Below are positions 33,212 to 39,392 of a stretch of DNA of 39,392 nt, piece by piece. The stretch spans positions 1 to 39,392 of the forward strand of contig JBBHKD010000021.1 in assembly GCA_037447605.1 (NCBI GenBank). The letters are read 5' to 3'. The position numbers and the translations under genes were made by a program. Numbering within the stretch: the stretch's first letter is position 1; every line of letters starts with the position of its first letter. The stretch is from Zygnema circumcarinatum SAG 698-1b. Taxonomy: Eukaryota; Plantae; Zygnematophyceae. The notes beneath the pieces are model-generated. The model ran no database searches. It saw nothing but the letters and a program-made list of their open reading frames with translations, and had not been told where the DNA came from.

Positions 33212-34316
33212 AGCCAAAGCCGTGAGCTCAGCAAGTGGGTTCATGGAGAATCTAGGCCCTGAACATTGGGAAGTCGTGAAGAGAATCTTAGGTATGTACG
33301 GGGGACTTTGGAGTACGGCCTCAGATATGAGAGGGGGCCAAATCGGGTGATTGGATACACCGATTCAGATTGGGGAGGTGACGTGGATACGTCAAGATCG
33401 ACTTCGGGATTCGTATTCCTGAATGGAGGCGGAGCCATTTCATGGAGCTCCAAACTTCAAGATTCGGTGGCGTTGTCGAGCACAGTGGGCGAGTACATGG
33501 GAGCTTGCCATGCAGCCAAGGAGGGAGTGTGGTTTCAACATTTCTTCAAGGAGTGTGAGAGGCCGCAAGTGCCCGTAACCTTGTTCACGGACAATCAGTC
33601 GTCCATTGCCTTGGTGGAAAATCCAGTGTTCCACAAGACGACCAAGCACATTAGGGTGCAGTATCACTATGTGCGCGAATTAGTGGAGGAGGGGATGATT
33701 GTTGTGAAGTTCGTAGGGACGAAGGAGCAGGCTGCAGACATGTTGACGAAAGGAGTCAGCGAGGAAACTCTACTAGTGAATAGCAAGCTAATTGGGCTAG
33801 GGCCCATGAGAAACTGAGTCCCAAGAGGGGGATTGTTAGTGTTAGTGTATGATAGTTAGTACATGGAACAACACTAACTTGTGGTACTCAGTTGTTGAAC
33901 ATGCGAAACTTGCTAAGTACGAGTTTAGATGACGTCAGCATTTAAATTGCAAGAGGTGTGCGCCTAGCGCGCGCACAGAGTATGGATGGACGGCGCGGAT
34001 TGGTCGCGGCGCAGACGCGAGACGCGGAGCGTGAAGTGGCAGCGCAAAACGACGATGGAATGTCGGCGACGAATCGCGCCGCGCCACGTGGGCCACTCGC
34101 GTAGTGGGCCTGCTGGTTCAGGCGTACGGCAAGCGGGGTTGGCGGCCGGAAAATGTTAAGGGAACCGAGCCGTGCGACGGAACTGTACGGATGGGCCAGA
34201 AATAGGTCGGCGCCATCGTAGGTTTACGGGACCACTAGTGTAGGTCGCTATTTTGGTTGCGCCGCTTTGCCGAATGCAAGTATCAGCTATGGCGGCCGTG
34301 ACGTGACATGTGTGTC
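33212..34316 (+). mobile_element. Copia G remnant (D-related): RT end and RNase H 33212-33817, PPT 33823-33833, truncated 3' LTR 33834-34316
   Basis: AKAVSSASGFMEN..GYTDSDWGGD..GLGPMRN closely matches D. LTR starts TGTTAGTGTTAGTG like D. Confidence 0.9.
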
Positions 34317-35420
34317 GACGATAGTCGTCGGTGGAGCGCAAGAGGAGCAGCTCCAAGGATGAGATCTGCCGCTCCAAACGATCGGCTCGATCGTCCTGGG
34401 CGGCAGCGCGCTCGAGGAGTTTGTTGCGCTCCTCGGCGACGGGTTGAAGGTCCGCCAAAGTGAGCGGCCGACCAAAATCAGCATGGTGGGGGGGATTGGC
34501 GAGGTCGTCCTCCCAGAGATTGGGACCCGGAGATGGGGTCCGCGCGGCGGAGGTGGCGGTAATCGGAGCAAGGTCCGGTGGTGCATCCTTGGCAGCAGGG
34601 ACGTGCTCCCCCGAGGCCTCGCCCATGGCGAGATCGACGGGTGTAGGTGGGGGTGGTAGGAGAAGAGGAGGCGGGTCAGACGAACCCGGATCCCCGATTC
34701 CCCGAGCTTGAGTAGTGACCATTGCAGCCCCGCTTTGATAGAGTAGCCCCAAGAAAGAAAGAAAGCTCTGATACCAATGTAGCAGGGGTCTCAAAAGCAG
34801 GCAGCCAAGCAGGAGAGTCAGTGAGAAATGCCGGTTTCCAGGTTGAATGCTCTTGCATTCGCCCCTTGCCCCTATACGCTCCCCCCGTCGAACCCTCTAC
34901 CGGCATGAGGGACCGAGAGCAGGGCTGGCCAATGGCGAGACGCCGAATGGCCGGTCTACTAGCCCGTGGCTGTTCGCCACGTGGCTAGTTGGCGCGCCAC
35001 GTAGGCGCACTGAGATATTCCACGGTGTCCCCGCGTCTGGCGGGTCTGACTAGCTGCGCTAGAGATCCGATACGCGAATGCGACACGGATTGTATCGCAA
35101 GTGCGACGCGCGCATACGACACCGCTTACGACACACGTGCGACGCGCGCGTGAGATGCGGCGCCGATGGCGGCGCGCGTCCGTACAGTCCGCGGTCCTAA
35201 CATGTCGGTTCGTCTGACAGCCTGGGACCGGACCGCACTGACTATCGGTACGATAGAACCGTACGGAGATCTCTGTGTGGTGCACGTAGCGCCCACCGCC
35301 CTCTATGGCTGTAGCGTTTCGCTACACTTCGGTTCAATCAAGAGAGAGAGAGCCCCAACCGTGAGGCGGGAAACTGAGAAACATAGTCAAGACTAGAAAG
35401 AATAGCGTGCTCATCTTACG
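34317..35420 (-). mobile_element. 5' fragment of LTR element H, probably Ty3/Gypsy (LTR ~34778-35420, PBS 34765-34776, gag start 34722)
   Basis: ...GCTACA-T-TGGTATCAGAGC, then gag-like MVTTQARG with Pro-rich and coiled-coil-like segments. The outer LTR boundary is uncertain and no pol remains, so the superfamily is inferred. Confidence 0.6.
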
Positions 35421-35473
35421 GATGATGCGAGAGCATGGAACTGTGAATTGCAACGTATCCATTCCGAACTCAC

Positions 35474-35544
35474 AGATGCGAGAGAGAGAGAGGTTGGCCA
35501 GAGAAGAGGGCACAGAGCCATTCAACGCATTTGTAGAGAGGTTC
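35474..35544 (-). pseudogene. Orphan plant-type LRR exon (NLSTNALNGSVPSSLANLSLS..)
   Basis: Fits LxxNxLxGxxPxxLxxL, has a GTGAG donor at 35473. The acceptor reads TGCAT instead of TGCAG and the 71-nt length breaks frame. Confidence 0.7.
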
Positions 35545-35811
35545 ATGCAATTTAAAAACTCGTTTCTTTAACGGTAGAAGCGACATGGTTTGATAAAGAA
35601 ATAATAAAATATTGTTCATTATTATTATGTGTATGGGTTAAATATGGGAATATTCAAGCATAATTTTGTTGGTTTTTGTGCATATGAATTGCAGCATACA
35701 GAACTGCAAACATATTTCTTATAACACCTGCAGGTGAGCAAGAGTGGCGAACTGAAAGTCATGGATCTCTCCGCTCAGTTGGTTGCTTGAAAGGTCCCTA
35801 ACAAGAAAAAA

Positions 35812-37988
35812 GGCCGCCTTGCCGGAACGACACTCGTTGGAGTAGTGACCTGGCTACCCACAAGTGAAGCATGTCCCCTTGGGACGATCTCCGCCACCTC
35901 CTCCTTTTGCCCTGCCTTTCCCAAAAGGCTTCCCCTTCATCGCCAACACGCTCTCACTCGCATCGAATGCGTCTTGAAGAGAGTCCTCTTTACGGATCCG
36001 CTTCTTCACGTGCTCAAAGGTCAAAGAAGAAGTGGTAAGAAATATTCGAAGGGCGCTGCATGTGCCGTCAAAGCGACTGGGCAAACCAACCAAGAACTGG
36101 CTGATCTTATGATCTGACTCAAGACCCTTGCCCATCACCACAAAGCGCTGCATGAGGCTGTCAAAGCGCCCCATGTAGTCAATCAGCTTCTCATCCAAGC
36201 TCATCTTCATCTTCCCGAGTTTCGTGTACAGATGCACCACAGTCACACTGTCTTTCGCATCGTACATGTCCTCCAAACACTTCCACATCTCATGTGAGGT
36301 GCTGAGGTCATAGAGCATGTGTGAAGGCGTCCCCTTCACACTCATTGCAATCTGAGTGATGGCCTTGTTGTCTCGGGCCTTCCACTTTGCAAGCTCCTCC
36401 ACGGATGTAGCCGGCGGCGCCTTCACCTTCCCAGTCACACGACCAAGAAGTCCCTTCCCTTCAAGTATGGGAGTCAGCCGCCACTTCCATCCCTTCTAGT
36501 CTGTCCCATCAAACACAAGGACATTAAACTTCACACTAGCCCCGGTTTCCTCTTCACTGTGAGCTCTGATACCACTTGTGAGTGGGGCAGAGGGATGAGA
36601 AGCAAATTCCTCTCCAACCCTTTCCCCCTCTTTGCTATCCATGGAAACTTCTCTCTTGGTGCCCGCAACACTTTCACTCATTTTTCACTCAAGTGTATAC
36701 ACAACACACAAGAGGCGGAATAGAAAAACGTAGGAGAAAGCTCCCAGCCTAAAACTCCTTTATGATGACAAGATTTCCAACTCAAACCCCCATAAGCCTA
36801 GTCAAGCTTTCACCACATGATCACTTCACCGTCACGTGAGGCAAACACACGAAGACTCCTCACAAAGGTCCACCTCCTCTTGCCAAAGCCATGCCTCAAA
36901 CTGCCCGTAGCTTTGCAATGCTCATCAAGAAGGTTACTAACTTACACACCCACTCTCACTATATAATATGAGGCTGTGACGTGACCATGTCACGTCACAC
37001 ACGCCGGGACCATGCATGCAATAACCTTATTCAAACAACCTAAATAAACTACTTTGTGTCTTGCTATGCAAAGTATGTCTAGCTTGACATTGTACCAACA
37101 CCACCGTTCTAACCCAGACGGCCATGCACTCTACCGCCGAGCTAAACACCCCGCCGCCCTCACAAGGACTAACCTCCGTGCGTGCGTGCGTCCTCAAGAA
37201 ATTCTCCCCGATTTTGCTGAAACCACCTTTTTGTACAGTAACTTTGTGTTAGCCGTACTATCCGCACTATCCGTACTAGCCGTACTAGCTGTACTAGCCA
37301 TTAGGGCTTACGCAAAACTCACCTAATCTCCCCGCACGTGCCGCCGTAAGAGGCGCTCGCTCTTCTCCTCTTGTTCTTGGCTTTGAAATGATACGATGCA
37401 ATACAGTACGATACGGTACGATATGGTACGTTGCGATACTTAACTCCCCGATACGGTACTAGCCGTACAAGCTAAGACGAACAACACAGCGGAAAACTAC
37501 GTCTATGCGTTACGATACGGAACGATACGATACGATTATAATCGATACAGTAATATACGATACGATATGGTAAGGTACGATACGTACGGTTCAACATAAA
37601 CTCTAACATAACACCGCCCGTCTATTGGTAACACGAACCTTATATATGCAAAATCAATATTTTCGCCTCATATTGGCCAAAACCAGGGTGGAAAATATAA
37701 GGACCCCCTACTGTACTGAATGTCGGACTCCTGGCCGTACTGTTCGTACTGTCGACTGTCCGTACAGTCCGTGCAGTCCGTTCAGTCTCTACCGGCAGCT
37801 TGGTCGGTCTCGCCTCCGTGATCGTACGATCCACATTGGCCGCTCAGTCAGTCACGCCTCCGCGCGCACGCTCCTAAGCCGTACGATGAGGCAAGTCTGC
37901 CCCAATACATCTCACACCTAGAAGCACACCCCTAGGAACTAAGCGCCAACACAAATATGCTAATCTAAACTAGCTATGTACACTTACA
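35812..37988 (-). mobile_element. Copia I, C-family copy truncated after the first zinc knuckle
   Basis: 5' LTR 36577-37988, PBS 36563-36574, gag 35812-36681 highly similar to C, with stops at 36496 and 35854. Confidence 0.93.
37180..37712. other. ~530-bp foreign insert replacing ~95 bp of U3 in the LTR of I
   Basis: Absent from the C LTR (14260-14355 equivalent). Contains CCGTACTAG 9-mers and CGATA pentamer runs. Confidence 0.8.
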
Positions 37989-38368
37989 GTTTCATCAGAG
38001 TTTAATCAGTGGAGTTCAAATCTCCCCACTCGAGACAACATTGTTCACGAGTTGCATGGCGCCTTCCGCTACTTCAACAAATTCGTCTGTCATGTTGTAA
38101 TCCTACGATGCTACCACTACCAGCAGAGTAGCATCCTACTGTCCAAACATCCATTATTGTACATTAACAATGTCGATATATTCGAACACCTTCATTTTCG
38201 CCATTTTCAAGCACTAATCCTAATAGTATCTGTATGAAGGCCAAAGGCCAATAATGGCTACGAAAGAAAATCTCAAATCAACCTAATTAGAGGCGATTGG
38301 GAAGACTCTCAACCAATGGTGACAATTACTAGGAGGCAAGGAGTCTCCGAGAGGCTACGTTTCTTTTC

Positions 38369-38698
38369 TTACCTTGCAATCACAGCACTCTGCTCTTGCA
38401 CCATTGATGTATTACTGCTTTGGTTTTTGAAATAATCGGATGGTATGGTGATTTCTAGGTGCTCCTCCACAGGCTGAATGGGTGGTTGAAAAGGAACTTG
38501 AGCGCCCTCCATCTTCGCCTTGAGCATTCGTAGCTGACTCGCAACATCGGCCATTTCCGGTCGATACGCGGAAACCTTTTGAAGGCAAGAAGCGGCAATG
38601 CTCGCCAAGGTCTGCATGTCGTTTAGCGAGAAGTTTCCATCCAGGGTGGGGTCAGCGATTGCAGCGAGGCCCAAAGAGCTTCGAATGCGTTGCAAGGC
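38369..38698 (-). CDS. Receptor-like kinase (RLK/Pelle), probable last coding exon, kinase subdomains X-XI and tail
   Basis: TTCCAG| acceptor; IADPTLDGNF...ASCLQ...RPEMADV motif. Ends IAR* (AG|GTAAG could alternatively be a donor). Confidence 0.85.
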   Translation of the reverse strand, partial: ALQRIRSSLGLAAIADPTLDGNFSLNDMQTLASIAASCLQKVSAYRPEMADVASQLRMLKAKMEGAQVPFQPPIQPVEEHLEITIPSDYFKNQSSNTSMVQEQSAVIAR

Positions 38699-39039
38699 CT
38701 GGAAAGAGAGAGAGAGAGAGACTCAATAACTGGCAATAGCATCCTTTTATCATCGTTAGCTCCAATCAATCATGTTGTACGGGACTAGAGGCTGTACAAC
38801 GTTTGGCCATGGATGATGGCCATCATGAAACATGATGGTTTTGCTTGGTTTCACATCATAGAACAAGTTTATACTGAACCTCATTATGTGCTGATTGGCT
38901 TAACATAGCAACTTTTAAAATCAAGAATATACGTTTGGCGTTTTGCAAAACCACATCATGACTAGATCATGAACATAACCTTTTCATGCCATCATCATAA
39001 TTTCATGACTGTAAGGGATGTGCAGGATGGGGCCCATAC

Positions 39040-39127
39040 CCAGCCTGCCAATGAGGTCACGTCTTCGTCAGTTTGAGTGATCACTGCTGGCAAGCCAGTA
39101 ATAAGCTCAAGAATGACGACCCCAAAG
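39040..39127 (-). CDS. RLK kinase exon, subdomain IX: (S)FGVVILELITGLPAVITQTDEDVTSLAGW
   Basis: GCAG| acceptor, |GTATGG donor, splices in frame to the exon at 38698. Confidence 0.88.
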
Positions 39128-39392
39128 CTGCGCAAGTGTGCCACCACAAGTGCATCAGTTTTTAGTCATATTTCGTATTTTTTGCGTACAATGGGACTTC
39201 TTTAGTGAGCTGACATGACGAGGCACAAAGGCTTGCATCGCTTACATCTCACACTCACGAACCAGTGGGGTATAGCCACCTTGTCGGTATGCATGAAAGA
39301 TCCAAGATTATCCAAGAATCTAATTGCAATGTGATCCTAGGCTTAATTTTAGCACGAACGGGGGAAAATTGCGCAAGAAGTCCACTTTGTTG

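Noticed and set aside
8509-33216. Sequence-specific target site for nested insertions
   Set aside because: TSDs and flanks share no consensus, and insertion points are in different domains (spacer, RT, linker, U3).
34156-34794. 212-aa ORF as a novel protein
   Set aside because: Chimera of the H gag N-terminus and antisense G LTR created by the deletion junction.

Overview
Eukaryotic (plant/streptophyte-like, GC-rich) genomic window. About 85% of it is a nested pile of LTR retrotransposons lying between pieces of minus-strand receptor-like kinase (RLK) genes: kinase 3' exons at the right end, an orphan LRR exon at ~35.5 kb, and a signal-peptide first exon at ~3.4 kb. Nesting was reconstructed from TG..CA termini, PBS (tRNA-iMet), PPT and 5-bp TSDs. 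Copia G (+, only 3' end left) hosts Copia B (+, 6411-33211). B hosts Copia C (-, 8514-14586, TSD AAAAA), Copia D (-, 16135-31236, TSD CGGAC) and a D-family LTR F inside its 3' LTR. D in turn hosts Copia E (+, to 27571, TSD AAGGT). Separate from this stack are Copia A (224-3255, TSD CCCGC, internally deleted, in the RLK first intron), a probable Ty3/Gypsy fragment H and a truncated C-family copy I. All elements carry stops, frameshifts or deletions. A 2.45-kb duplication across an N-gap is probably an assembly artefact. The most interesting signal is an architecture shared by otherwise unalignable Copia LTR families: (i) a U-bulged, TAR-like hairpin with a compensatory change in R/U5; (ii) a GTGAC..GTCAC palindrome just upstream of the TATA-like box; (iii) Gag starting inside the LTR and reading through the PBS as TSGIRA. 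Families B and E additionally carry a ~150-aa extra in-frame segment between protease and integrase and a 22-aa strongly conserved motif in the integrase tail. There is also an AT-rich ~204-bp satellite made of fold-back units.
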